Source: an uncultured Candidatus Saccharibacteria bacterium
GTDB taxonomy: Bacteria > Patescibacteriota > Minisyncoccia > Phycocordibacterales > UBA2100
DNA length: 46,870 nt
Direction of reading: 5' to 3'
Assembly (NCBI GenBank): GCA_964589005.1
Contig: CAZPQI010000003.1
Coordinates: 1-46,870, forward strand
Made by a program: the position numbers and the translations under genes. Positions 9,334 to 19,398 of the stretch are shown here, one piece after another; positions within the stretch are counted from its first letter, which is position 1, and each line of letters opens with the position of its first letter. The notes under the pieces are model-generated. The model searched no databases, had not been told where the DNA came from, and saw only the letters and a program-made list of their open reading frames with translations.

Positions 9334-12291
9334 ATGCCTAGACTTGAGGGAACTACACCTGAAGCAAATTCAGATGATGCCGTTGAGCGTTTTCGTACAC
9401 CCGAAGAAGAGCTTGTATATTTACGTGAGCGTGTGCGTATAAAAGAGAGCGAGTTAGAAACACATAAAACAGATTTTGAGCGCAACCGTTTGGCCAAGCG
9501 CGAAATTACTCACTACCAAGACACACCAACTCACGATGTTTTGCACGAAACATATAAAATGTCGGAGGAAAGTATTGTAAAAGAAACATTACGACTGGAA
9601 CCTGAAGAACATGATGTTCAGATAGACGAACTTCTTGGGATGGTGAAAGAACGAGGTATTAAAAATACACTTGCGGTGGTGAGCAAGATGGGAAGCGCAC
9701 ACCTGGAAGACGATTTACATCGAGCATTAGTGCAATACGTGGCAGAAGGCTTTCCTACTACGAGTATTAGAAAAGGTTCAGAGGTGTGTAAAGCTCTACA
9801 CATGGTGTTGTATGAAGTTTCGTTACCTTCACAAACAGTTGAAGACAAGAACGCTTCTTCTCAAGGTCAGGATTTAGAAAAACTCCTTGCGGCTATGGAG
9901 CAATTTTATGCAGGATTATTGAGTGTTGTGGGAACGGGACGCCCTAAAAAGAAAGAAGTATTCTCGGTTGAGATTGCGGTTCAACAAGGAAGCGAAGAGG
10001 CGGTGTTTTATGTTTCGGTTCCAGGAAAGAAAAGTGAATTATTTAAAAAACACCTTATTTCCATTTTTCCGAATGCAATAGTAGAAGAAATGCGTGGTGA
10101 CTATAACATTTTTAATTATGGTGGAGTACACGCCGGTGCGTATGGTGTTTTAGAACGAAGCCCCGCGTATCCTCTAAAAGATTACAAAACGCTCACTCAC
10201 GATCCTTTAAATATAATATTATCTTCATTCAGTAAGCTGCGTAAGCATAAGGAAGGGGCGGCGATTCAGTTCGTAATCGGCGATAACGGCGATATATATA
10301 ATCAACAATATAAAAAGGTATTGGATCATCTTCGCGACGGGAAAAAGGTGAGTACAGCCATTAGGCACGGAACGTCACCGTTTATGGAAGCCATAGAAGC
10401 AACGGGGTCTTCTTTTGTGGATGCAATTTTTAACAAAAAACCAGATGTACATAAAGAAAAAGTAGTTGACCAACTGATGCTCGAAACCATTGAGAAAAAA
10501 ATTCATCATCGTATCGTGCCAGTAAATATTCGCATACTTGCCTCAGCCGAGGACGAAGAACGGGCTGAGGATATTATCGATATGATAGATTCAACGTTTA
10601 ATCAGTTTCAAGAGGCGCAGGGAAATGCGCTTGGATTTGTTAAACAGCACGGAGGAGCATTACGGAAATTTATTCACGCGTTCACCTTTAGAACACTTAA
10701 TGTGGAAAAAGCACAACCTCTTTCACTCTCAGAGCTCACCGGAATGTATCACTTAACTGGCCAAGGAGTTTCGACTTCGCGCGAACTTAAGCAATCGCGC
10801 TCGAAGCAAGTCGCTGCGCCTTTGGAGGTTTCGTCTGATGATGATTTGACTGAGCAAGATACTGTTCGTAGTGCGGTAGGGAATGTGTCAGCACCTTCTT
10901 TAGCTACACACACAACACTGGAAACACATGAGCCTTCAAAGCGCAAAGGAATTATTCTTGGAAAAAATACATTTGGAGGGTCGGATACGTTAGTAAATTT
11001 TTTGCCAGAAGATAGAATGCGACATTTCTACGAGATAGGACAAACAGGAACAGGAAAAACAGGATTAATCATGAACATGATTATCCAAGATATAAAAAAC
11101 GGGGAGGGGTGTTGCTATATAGATCCGCACGGCTCTGACATTGTAGACATTTTAGCTGCGGTACCACCCGAACGCTACGATGATGTAATCTACTTCGATC
11201 CAGCGTATGCACAAAGACCAATGGGACTCAACATAATGGAATTTAACCCAGAGTTTCCTGAACAAAAAACATTTGTGGTGAACGAAATCTTCAGTATTTT
11301 TGAGAAACTTTTCTTAGCAAAATCTCCTGAGTCACTTGGTCCGATGTTTGAGCAATACTTTAGAAATGCGGCGATGCTCGTGCTAGAAGGAATGCCCGTT
11401 GGGACTGCCACAATGGCTGATATTCCACGCGTACTCGCAAATACGGAGTTTAGGCGTACGTGTCTTGCGAACTCCAAAAACCAAATAGTAAATCAGTTCT
11501 GGCAAGAGATCGCCGAAAAAGCAGGTGGTGATGCGTCTCTTGAGAATATCGTACCCTATATAACTGCAAAAACCGATATTTTCTTGAGTAACGACACGAT
11601 GCGTCCAATTATTGCGCAACCCAAGTCGGCATTTAATTTTCGCGATATTATGGATAGTAAGAAAATCTTGTTGGTGAATTTATCGAAGGGGCGACTGGGT
11701 GATTTGAATTCTGAACTCCTTGGTTTAATAATTGTGGGGAAGTTTTTGCAAGCTGCACTTTCAAGAGTGGATGCGGTCGCAGACGGTGGGCAGGGCATCT
11801 CTGATTTTTATCTTTACATCGACGAATTTCAAAACTTTACGACTCCATCGATTGCCACTATTTTTTCAGAGGCACGTAAATATAGATTGTCTCTAAATGT
11901 GGCGCATCAGTTTATCGCACAACTTGATGACAATATTCGCGATGCTGTGTTTGGTAACGTCGGTACGAAATGTGTGTTCCGCGTGGGTAACGAAGATGCA
12001 GAATTTTTAGAGAAACAATTCCAACCTGAATTTTCTGCGAGTGATATTGTAGGATTAGACAACCGAAATGCGTATGTATCACTTTTGGTTAACGGTAAAC
12101 CGGTGCGCCCATTCAATATGCGAACCATTGATTTGGATCCGGTAGATATGACCAAAGTTGAGCCACTCAAACAAATGTCGTATGAAAAATATGGGCGACC
12201 ACTTGCGGAAGTAAATGCTGAAATCGCCGCGAAATACGCAAAGCCTACGCCACCACCGCAACCTGCCGATCCATTTGCTCCACGAGTGTAG
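9334..12291 (+). CDS. VirD4/TraG/TrwB-like (type IV coupling, HerA-related) ATPase of CPR type
   Basis: DRMRHFYEIGQTGTGKT (Walker A), IDPHG, LYIDEFQNF (Walker B), SEARKYRLSLNVAHQ, VFGNVGT. Confidence 0.88.
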   Translation: MPRLEGTTPEANSDDAVERFRTPEEELVYLRERVRIKESELETHKTDFERNRLAKREITHYQDTPTHDVLHETYKMSEESIVKETLRLEPEEHDVQIDELLGMVKERGIKNTLAVVSKMGSAHLEDDLHRALVQYVAEGFPTTSIRKGSEVCKALHMVLYEVSLPSQTVEDKNASSQGQDLEKLLAAMEQFYAGLLSVVGTGRPKKKEVFSVEIAVQQGSEEAVFYVSVPGKKSELFKKHLISIFPNAIVEEMRGDYNIFNYGGVHAGAYGVLERSPAYPLKDYKTLTHDPLNIILSSFSKLRKHKEGAAIQFVIGDNGDIYNQQYKKVLDHLRDGKKVSTAIRHGTSPFMEAIEATGSSFVDAIFNKKPDVHKEKVVDQLMLETIEKKIHHRIVPVNIRILASAEDEERAEDIIDMIDSTFNQFQEAQGNALGFVKQHGGALRKFIHAFTFRTLNVEKAQPLSLSELTGMYHLTGQGVSTSRELKQSRSKQVAAPLEVSSDDDLTEQDTVRSAVGNVSAPSLATHTTLETHEPSKRKGIILGKNTFGGSDTLVNFLPEDRMRHFYEIGQTGTGKTGLIMNMIIQDIKNGEGCCYIDPHGSDIVDILAAVPPERYDDVIYFDPAYAQRPMGLNIMEFNPEFPEQKTFVVNEIFSIFEKLFLAKSPESLGPMFEQYFRNAAMLVLEGMPVGTATMADIPRVLANTEFRRTCLANSKNQIVNQFWQEIAEKAGGDASLENIVPYITAKTDIFLSNDTMRPIIAQPKSAFNFRDIMDSKKILLVNLSKGRLGDLNSELLGLIIVGKFLQAALSRVDAVADGGQGISDFYLYIDEFQNFTTPSIATIFSEARKYRLSLNVAHQFIAQLDDNIRDAVFGNVGTKCVFRVGNEDAEFLEKQFQPEFSASDIVGLDNRNAYVSLLVNGKPVRPFNMRTIDLDPVDMTKVEPLKQMSYEKYGRPLAEVNAEIAAKYAKPTPPPQPADPFAPRV

Positions 12292-12360
12292 AGCTATTAT
12301 AAGACAGTTTGATGTGGTAAAGTTGCGCTATAAAAATTTAGTAATTCGTAATAATTGCAT

Positions 12361-12963
12361 ATGACAAACATAAAAGAACGAACTCTCGTGATGATTAAGC
12401 CCGATGGTGTGCAACGGTCACTAATTGGAGAGGTGATAAAACGCTACGAACAAGTTGGCCTGAAACTTGTAGGTATGAAAATAGTAGTACCAACTGCTCA
12501 GCGTGTAGAGGATCATTATATGGTGAATCCTGACTTCAAAACAAACGTAGGGACTAAAACAATTGAATCATATAAAAAGAAAGGAGAGACTCCTCCAACC
12601 GAGAATCCTGAAGAGCAGGGCGAGTTTGTACTCGATGGTCTAAAGAAATATATGGTTAGTGGCCCTGTGGTTGTGATGTGCTGGGAGGGTGTGCATGCAA
12701 TTGAAGTAATTCGAAAAATCACAGGAGGTACTGAACCGCGAACTTCAGACGTAGGAACAATTCGTGGTGACTATGTGCTCGATTCATATCAATTAGCTGA
12801 TACCGACAAACGCGCAGTGCGGAATTTAATCCATGCATCAGGAGATGCGACAGAGGCTGAAAAAGAAATTGCGTTGTGGTTTGCTGCTGACGAACTTGTT
12901 GATTATCGTTTGGTGCAAGAACAGATACTGTACGATGTAAACCTCGACGGCATTCTTGAATAG
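12361..12963 (+). CDS. ndk: Nucleoside-diphosphate kinase
   Basis: ERTLVMIKPDGVQR, GPVVVMCWEG, GTIRGD, NLIHAS. Confidence 0.95.
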   Translation: MTNIKERTLVMIKPDGVQRSLIGEVIKRYEQVGLKLVGMKIVVPTAQRVEDHYMVNPDFKTNVGTKTIESYKKKGETPPTENPEEQGEFVLDGLKKYMVSGPVVVMCWEGVHAIEVIRKITGGTEPRTSDVGTIRGDYVLDSYQLADTDKRAVRNLIHASGDATEAEKEIALWFAADELVDYRLVQEQILYDVNLDGILE

Positions 12964-13029
12964 CTTGAATAGTGCAGCATACAATGTTTAGTGTGCGCAT
13001 TTCGTACAGTGGTGCTATAATAATTTATA

Positions 13030-13138
13030 GCCGTCGGGCTAACTGCTTATTTGTTTCTAAAGGGAGACTGAATCGTATTATGACCGTGGTTATAGTTCTG
13101 AAGTCACCCACCTGGAATTGACCAGGGAAGCCCACGGC
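13030..13138 (+). ncRNA. Short 6S (SsrS)-like RNA
   Basis: Extended -10 (TGCTATAAT) immediately upstream; terminal stem GCCGTCGGGCT/AGCCCACGGC; GGGAG and GTCACCCACCTG motifs reminiscent of Gram-positive 6S RNA; followed by a terminator. Confidence 0.55.
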
Positions 13139-13140
13139 AC

Positions 13141-13172
13141 ATAAAAACCCACTACTTGTAGTGGGTTTTTAT
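13141..13172. terminator. Bidirectional-type intrinsic terminator
   Basis: ataaaaacccactac-tt-gtagtgggtttttat. Confidence 0.8.
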
Positions 13173-13206
13173 GTGTGCGCATTTAGTCGTGGTAATATTG
13201 ACGGTA

Positions 13207-14574
13207 ATGGCAAACAAACAATCAAAACTTACATTTCATGGTGGCGCTGGCACAGTTACCGGTGCTAACTTTTTATTTGAGACGGGAAACAAAAAAATTC
13301 TCATTGACTGTGGCATGTTACAAGGCTTTAAAGGACGAAAAAGTAATTATGAGGATTTTCCGTATGATCCTGCGACTATCGATATTCTTTTTATTACACA
13401 CGCGCACGCCGACCACATAGGGCGTGTACCAAAGTTAGTTAAAGACGGATTTCGCGGAATTATTTATTCAACTGATGCAACTCGTGCGTTAACCGAAGTC
13501 ATGTTTGCAGATGCGGTGCGTATTTTGGCGCGCGAAGCGCGCCAGCGAGGTTTGGATCCCCTATACGAAACGAAAGATATAGAACAGACTCTTGAACTAT
13601 GGCAGACACAAGAGTATCACGAAGATTTTTCAATTGGCGATGATGTTACCGTACGGTTTTTAGATGCAGGGCATATTTTGGGAGCTGTAATGGTTGAGTT
13701 TGAGCGCGGTGGTGTAAAATTTGTCGCCACTGGTGACTTAGGAAATTCACCAGCACCACTTTTAAAAGACACCGACACACTTAGTGGTGTTAATTATATT
13801 CTTATGGAAAGTGTGTATGGCGACCGCGTACACGAAAACCGCGACGACAGAGTTGCGCTATTACGTGATGCGCTTATCGATACACAAAAAAATAAAAGAA
13901 CACTTTTAATCCCATCGTTTGCTATGCAACGCACGCAATTATTGTTGTACGAAATAAATAAAATGATTGAATCAGGCGAAGTACCTGAGATGCCAGTGTA
14001 TCTTGATTCGCCGTTAGCGAGTAAAGTTACCGACGTGTATAAAGAATACACGCACCTACTTAATGAACGTGTGCAAAAAGAAATTGCTGCAGGAGATGAC
14101 ATTTTTAAATTTCCAAATTTTAAAATTATTGACGACGCAAAAGAATCGCAAGCTATTCTTAATGCACCGTCACCTAAAGTAATCATTGCAGGTTCAGGTA
14201 TGTCGGTGGGGGGTCGTGTACTTATGCATGAAAAACGTCTTTTGGGCGACATCAACACGACAATCTTGTTTGTAGGATATCAGGGCGTAGGTACTCTTGG
14301 TCGTCGCATTCAAGATGGAGAAAAAACGGTAACCATTGAAAAAAAGAAAGTCCGTGTACGAGCGCGTAAAGCAACTATTAGAGGTTTCTCGGCACACAAA
14401 GATCGTGATGGGCTTATTTCGGTAGTGGAAAGTACCGCTGATTCACTGAAGGAGGTATTTGTAGCAATGGGCGAGCCGAAGTCGTCTTTATTTTTAGTAC
14501 AACGACTTCGAGACTTTTTAGGAGTTAATGCACAGGCACCAGAAGCAGGAGATTCAGTGACCATAGACTTCTAA
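13207..14574 (+). CDS. MBL-fold beta-CASP ribonuclease (YSH1-like)
   Basis: LIDCG, THAHADHIG, AGHILG, TGDLG, MESVYGDR, FSAHKD. Confidence 0.92.
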   Translation: MANKQSKLTFHGGAGTVTGANFLFETGNKKILIDCGMLQGFKGRKSNYEDFPYDPATIDILFITHAHADHIGRVPKLVKDGFRGIIYSTDATRALTEVMFADAVRILAREARQRGLDPLYETKDIEQTLELWQTQEYHEDFSIGDDVTVRFLDAGHILGAVMVEFERGGVKFVATGDLGNSPAPLLKDTDTLSGVNYILMESVYGDRVHENRDDRVALLRDALIDTQKNKRTLLIPSFAMQRTQLLLYEINKMIESGEVPEMPVYLDSPLASKVTDVYKEYTHLLNERVQKEIAAGDDIFKFPNFKIIDDAKESQAILNAPSPKVIIAGSGMSVGGRVLMHEKRLLGDINTTILFVGYQGVGTLGRRIQDGEKTVTIEKKKVRVRARKATIRGFSAHKDRDGLISVVESTADSLKEVFVAMGEPKSSLFLVQRLRDFLGVNAQAPEAGDSVTIDF

Positions 14575-14596
14575 GTATGCAGATGGTTAAAAATAT

Positions 14597-15499
14597 ATGA
14601 AAACAAAGCCGTCTACCATTATGCTCATGAGTGCACTGGTTTTTTTGTCAGGGGCACTTTCGTTGAATCTGTTAAGTAAGTCCGCATTGGAATCCAAAGT
14701 TGTAATTCTTGAGGGAGATTTACAACAGCAACAAGTGTTTGCTGTCGACTATCAAGATTCGATAGCACAACAGGAGCAGCAAATTGAATCGTATAAAGAA
14801 TTTATCAAAGTTTTGCGAGAGCAATCAAGTGCGTCTGCATACGATTTTTCTAAGATGCGAAGCTTAATAGAGGAGGCAACACAAAATGTTGCAGACATCA
14901 GAAAGCTTGAAGAAGCTGACAAGCAGCTTTTAGCGAAGTATTCGAAAGTCTCTTTTTTGAATGAACATTACGAACCTGACAGGTTGGCGTATATTCCGAG
15001 TGAAATTGTTTCCTCAGAGAGCAACCTGCAAGTAAAAACACAAGTCCAGCCCTTTGTGGTGGCGATGTTCGCGGCTATGGAGCAGGAAGGACTCGCACCC
15101 CGTGTTATTTCTGCGTATCGCTCATTTGGGTATCAGGGTACATTAAAGAGTAATTACACAGTGACGTATGGAACCAATGCTGCAAACCAATTTTCAGCTG
15201 ACCAAGGGTATTCAGAGCATCAGTTGGGTACTACAGTAGATATTGTGAATGCGACGATAGGATCTGACATGAGTATGTTTGACGCAACAGATGAGTATCA
15301 GTGGTTATTGGATAACGCTCATATATACGGTTTTACACTCTCGTATCCAACGAGCAATAGCTATTATAAATTTGAACCATGGCATTGGAGGTTTGTTGGT
15401 GTAGCGTTGGCAACGAATTTATACGAGCAAGGAAAATATTTTTATGATTTACCACAGCGAGATATCGATTCGTATCGGCTAAAGATGTTTGATAATTAG
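14597..15499 (+). CDS. Membrane-anchored D,D-carboxypeptidase, peptidase M15B (VanY-like), with coiled-coil stalk
   Basis: ISAYRS, SADQGYSEHQLGTTVD, EPWHWRFVG; N-terminal TM segment. Confidence 0.9.
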   Translation: MKTKPSTIMLMSALVFLSGALSLNLLSKSALESKVVILEGDLQQQQVFAVDYQDSIAQQEQQIESYKEFIKVLREQSSASAYDFSKMRSLIEEATQNVADIRKLEEADKQLLAKYSKVSFLNEHYEPDRLAYIPSEIVSSESNLQVKTQVQPFVVAMFAAMEQEGLAPRVISAYRSFGYQGTLKSNYTVTYGTNAANQFSADQGYSEHQLGTTVDIVNATIGSDMSMFDATDEYQWLLDNAHIYGFTLSYPTSNSYYKFEPWHWRFVGVALATNLYEQGKYFYDLPQRDIDSYRLKMFDN

Positions 15500-15519
15500 A
15501 ACTGACATAGCTAGTTTCT

Positions 15520-15553
15520 AAAAAAACACCCGACTCGCGTCGGGTGTTTTTTT
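15520..15553. terminator. Bidirectional intrinsic terminator
   Basis: aaaaaaacacccgac-tcgc-gtcgggtgttttttt between convergent genes. Confidence 0.85.
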
Positions 15554-15559
15554 GTTTTC

Positions 15560-15904
15560 TTATTTTACCCTTTCAACAATTCGTTTGAATGTTTCAGGTT
15601 GTTCGTGAGCGATTTCTGATAGAACTTTACGGTCAAGCGACACATTTTTCTTGGTAAGGGTATCAATAAATTTGCTGTATGTAGTTCCCAAGGGTCGAAG
15701 TGCAGCGTTAAGCTTTACTGTCCAAAGTCGACGGAAGTCGCCTTTTTTGCGACGTCGGTGAGCGAATGCGTGGTTACCAGCGTGCGCGATAGCCTCGCGT
15801 GCTTGACGCTCTTTGGTTGAACGACCAAAGTTGTAACCTTTTACGCGCTTTAATACATTGCGACGTGTTTTTAGTGATGTTGTTCCTCTCTTAACTCTAG
15901 CCAT
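15560..15904 (-). CDS. rplT: 50S ribosomal protein L20
   Basis: MARVKRG, RRRKKGDFRRLW, YSKFI, LDRKVL. Confidence 0.97.
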   Translation of the reverse strand: MARVKRGTTSLKTRRNVLKRVKGYNFGRSTKERQAREAIAHAGNHAFAHRRRKKGDFRRLWTVKLNAALRPLGTTYSKFIDTLTKKNVSLDRKVLSEIAHEQPETFKRIVERVK

Positions 15905-15997
15905 GATAATTTAATTATTGAAGTAAGTTTTAATCGCCTGTCCCGTAGCCACATGAAGTTAAGCGGAATGTGTGGTACTGGGATGCCATACAATTTA

Positions 15998-16183
15998 TTA
16001 TTTACCTGGAAGATAACGCCCCCGGTTTTTGTTTGTCATTTTAAGAATGGTAGTGCGCTTTTTAGCTCGGCGTTCGTTTCCAGATTCTTTTGCATTAAAA
16101 TGGTTTTGCCCAGGTTTACGCGCAATTATTTTCCCGTTTTTGGTAACCCGAAGGCGTTTTGAATATGATTTATTTGTCTTCAT
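15998..16183 (-). CDS. rpmI: 50S ribosomal protein L35
   Basis: MKTNKSYSKRLRVTKNGK; located between infC and rplT. Confidence 0.92.
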   Translation of the reverse strand: MKTNKSYSKRLRVTKNGKIIARKPGQNHFNAKESGNERRAKKRTTILKMTNKNRGRYLPGK

Positions 16184-16763
16184 CTTTTTCTTTTGACTTC
16201 TTTTCCGAAGTATCTCGGCTTTGTTTTCCGCCAGATTTATCTGCCTCGATAACCACTGACAACCCCTTGGGGCTTTTCTTTATTGCGTCGGCTATTTTAT
16301 ATGACTCAGGAATGATTGCAAGGAATCTTTCAAGTCTTTCCTTAAGAAAGGAAAATTCCATATATTTATAGCGCCCCCATAAGAAAAGATCTATTTTTGC
16401 TCGGTGTCCTTGTTTCAGCCATTCACCAACTTTTTTTGCCTTTCTGGTCAAGTCGCCTTCGCTCGTTCCAATTTTAACTTGAGCTACTTTTGTTTCTGTA
16501 ACGTGCGATTTAGCTTTGATTTCTTTCTCTTTCTTTTTTAAATCGTACTTGTACTTTCCGTAGTCGGTAATTCTAGCAACCGGCGGACGGGCTTTAGGCG
16601 AAACCTCAATAAGATCGAGGCCAAGCTCTTGTGCCTTTGCGAAAGCGTCTTTGGTGGACATAATCCCAAGGTTTTCACCCTCATGACCAACAACACGTAC
16701 TTCAGGTACGCGGATACTTTCATTAATTCGTACTTCGTCGTGCATTATTTTTGGGACTTTCAA
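16170..16763 (-). CDS. infC: Translation initiation factor IF-3 (start codon uncertain)
   Basis: RINESIRVPEVRVV, GLDLIEVSP.ARPPVARITDYGKYKY. Confidence 0.95.
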   Translation of the reverse strand: MKVPKIMHDEVRINESIRVPEVRVVGHEGENLGIMSTKDAFAKAQELGLDLIEVSPKARPPVARITDYGKYKYDLKKKEKEIKAKSHVTETKVAQVKIGTSEGDLTRKAKKVGEWLKQGHRAKIDLFLWGRYKYMEFSFLKERLERFLAIIPESYKIADAIKKSPKGLSVVIEADKSGGKQSRDTSEKKSKEKDEDK

Positions 16764-16906
16764 TTGTAAAACTTAATTCTACTGCAACTCCGCCACACTG
16801 TGTGCTGAACACTCAAGCTCGTTTTGGGTAGCAAAGCTACGATAAAACTCGCTTGTGAGCACATCACTTTGTGTTGCGAAGTTTCGTAACGAACTCGTTT
16901 TACAAT
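16763..16906. other. Nested foldback structure in the infC leader
   Basis: attgtaaaac/gttttacaat 10-bp inverted repeat enclosing gcaac/gttgc, tgtgct/agcaca, caagc/gcttg and tagc-aaa-gcta stems. Confidence 0.5.
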
Positions 16907-17071
16907 CCAAAGTAAGAAACGCCCTTACAAGATTGGACGTGAAATGACTATACCACGCGTGATAAAAGCTCGCAATAGAGTGTGGCTTTGCTAACTAGCT
17001 AGAAAGTAAGGGATTTGCTCCAGTAAAAAAGTGTTTTGGTGAATATAATTTGCTACACTAAGCGCGATATT

Positions 17072-18181
17072 ATGAATTACACCGAGAAAGGAACAAAACT
17101 ACTTGCACAAGCTGGAATTACTGTCAATGGCGATAAGCCTTGGGATGTGCAAATTAAGAACGATAAAACGTTTAAGCGAGTATTTTTGGGTGGAAGTATC
17201 GCAATCGGCGAGAGCTATATGGATGGGTGGTGGGATGTAGACGATTTAGCTACTTTTATCGAAAAAACTCATCGCGCTCACATCAATGGCGCGTTTACAC
17301 GTGCGGGGTTGATATTTCATGTTCTTAAAAGTCGCTTGTTCAATCTTCAAACTCTTCGGTTGTCACTAAAGGTTGGTATAGAACATTACGATATAGGAAA
17401 TAGTTTATATAAAGCAATGCTCGGCGAGCGCATGATTTATACTTGTGGCTATTGGAAAAATGCACAGACACTTGTGCAGGCTCAGGAAGCTAAATTAAAT
17501 TTAGTGTGTAAAAAAATTGGTTTAAAAAAAGGAGATAGAGTTCTTGATATAGGAGGTGGGTGGGGAGGCTTCGCAAAATTTGCAGCAGAAAAATATGGTG
17601 CCGAGGTAGTTGCTATTACTATTTCAGAAGAACAAGCAAAACTCGGGAGGGAACTAACAGAGGGTTTAAATGTTGAAATTCGAGTTCAAGATTATCGGGA
17701 AGTTGATGAAAAGTTTGATCACATTGTTTCGTTGGGAATGTTTGAGCACGTTGGTTATTTGAATTATAGAACATACATGCGCAAAGTTAGAAGCTTGTTG
17801 AAAGATGATGGTTTGTTTTTGTTGCATACCATTGGTGGTAATAAGTCGGTGTTTGCAACAAATCCATGGATTGATAAATATATTTTTCCAAACGGCATGT
17901 TGCCATCTATTACACAAATTGGAAGGTCAATAGAAAACTTATTTGTGATGGAGGACTGGCACAACTTTGGCTCCGACTATGATAGAACACTTATGAGTTG
18001 GTATGAAAATTTTGATGCGCACTGGAGCGATCTTCAGGGCGATTATGATGAGCGGTTTTACCGTATGTGGAAGTTTTATTTACTCTCTGCCGCCGCAGGA
18101 TTTCGTGCACGACAAAGCCAATTATGGCAAGTTGTTCTTTCTAAGAACGGAATGAGTGGAGGCTACGAGTCTATTCGGTAG
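17072..18181 (+). CDS. cfa: Cyclopropane-fatty-acyl-phospholipid synthase
   Basis: GESYMDGWW, HYDIGN, MIYTCGYW, VLDIGGGWG, SLGMFEHVG, KYIFPNG, RMWKFYL. Confidence 0.95.
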   Translation: MNYTEKGTKLLAQAGITVNGDKPWDVQIKNDKTFKRVFLGGSIAIGESYMDGWWDVDDLATFIEKTHRAHINGAFTRAGLIFHVLKSRLFNLQTLRLSLKVGIEHYDIGNSLYKAMLGERMIYTCGYWKNAQTLVQAQEAKLNLVCKKIGLKKGDRVLDIGGGWGGFAKFAAEKYGAEVVAITISEEQAKLGRELTEGLNVEIRVQDYREVDEKFDHIVSLGMFEHVGYLNYRTYMRKVRSLLKDDGLFLLHTIGGNKSVFATNPWIDKYIFPNGMLPSITQIGRSIENLFVMEDWHNFGSDYDRTLMSWYENFDAHWSDLQGDYDERFYRMWKFYLLSAAAGFRARQSQLWQVVLSKNGMSGGYESIR

Positions 18182-18205
18182 AATTGTTGGGCAAACTAGG
18201 TTTTG

Positions 18206-19255
18206 TTACCCATATTTCTTCAAATCTTTTGCATAATCGTGTTCAAATAGTTGCCACATAGAGAGGAAGAAGGCGGTAATAACAGGACCGATAATAATTC
18301 CTGCGATACCAAATAATGAGAGCCCTCCCAAAACAGAAAGTAGAATTAGTACATCAGACATGGCAGTTTCTTTAGACACGAGTATTGGGCGCAAGATGTT
18401 ATCTATAAGACTAATAAGAGTAGCGCCAATAATGAGAACGACAACTCCTTGCCATGTACTTCCTGTTGCCAGCAAAAGCAATCCAGTAGGAAGCCAAACT
18501 ATTGCTGGGCCTACAGCGGGGATAAGGGCAAATAGTGCCATAACAAACGCCCACAAAGCCGCGCTCTCTATACCAACGGCCATAAACAATATGCCACCAA
18601 TACCACCTTGCACGAGTGCGATTGCGAAAGTTCCCTTAAACATTGCGTGTACTATTGATACGAATCTTTTGAACAGCATCTTTTCTTTTGCATCACCTAG
18701 AGGTAGTACTTGCATAATTCGCTTACCGATACTTTTTCCGTCGCGCAATGTAAAAAAGAGAATATAGAGCGTTAACAGGGTCGCTATGATGGTTCCTGCT
18801 GTTGCGCGCCCAATATCAAGCGCATAGACTCCAATTTTTGCACTAAAGTTTTGTGCCAGAGAAACAATTTCGTTTTGTAGGCTGTATGTATCAATACCAA
18901 ATTGTTTTAAAGGTACTAGTAGCGACTCTAATTGAGCAAGAAAGTTAATTGAAGCTAGATCTCCTTGCGAAAGGCTCACGTACAGTGAAATTGCTTCGCG
19001 TGTAACTAATGTACCAATAAAATATATAGGAATAAGCACAACAGTAAGTATCAAAAGCATTGTTAGAAGCGCTGAAAGTGAGGCGCGTTTTTTAGTGTAT
19101 ATATAAATCGACTGATGCACTGGGTGAAAAAGAATTGCAAGTACTACGGCCCAGAAAATAGGCATGATGTAACCGCTAATAAGCCAGCCAAAAAGCGCTG
19201 TAGCCGTAATAAGTAGGAGAAAAAAGAAACCCACTTGGAGTGTTTTAAATTGCAT
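18206..19255 (-). CDS. AI-2E family transporter
   Basis: Multiple TM segments; LIPAVG, DNILRP, GIIIGP motifs. Confidence 0.9.
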   Translation of the reverse strand: MQFKTLQVGFFFLLLITATALFGWLISGYIMPIFWAVVLAILFHPVHQSIYIYTKKRASLSALLTMLLILTVVLIPIYFIGTLVTREAISLYVSLSQGDLASINFLAQLESLLVPLKQFGIDTYSLQNEIVSLAQNFSAKIGVYALDIGRATAGTIIATLLTLYILFFTLRDGKSIGKRIMQVLPLGDAKEKMLFKRFVSIVHAMFKGTFAIALVQGGIGGILFMAVGIESAALWAFVMALFALIPAVGPAIVWLPTGLLLLATGSTWQGVVVLIIGATLISLIDNILRPILVSKETAMSDVLILLSVLGGLSLFGIAGIIIGPVITAFFLSMWQLFEHDYAKDLKKYG

Positions 19256-19398
19256 ACGTTCAGTATACCCATCGCCCTCTTTACTGTCACGCACGTCTTT
19301 GTACTATCTTGTAAGTAATGGTATGGAGGTGCGTCTTAAGCAGGAAGCGCGCGACAAATGCGTTATAATATTTTATACATAAAGTTAAACATATTGAT

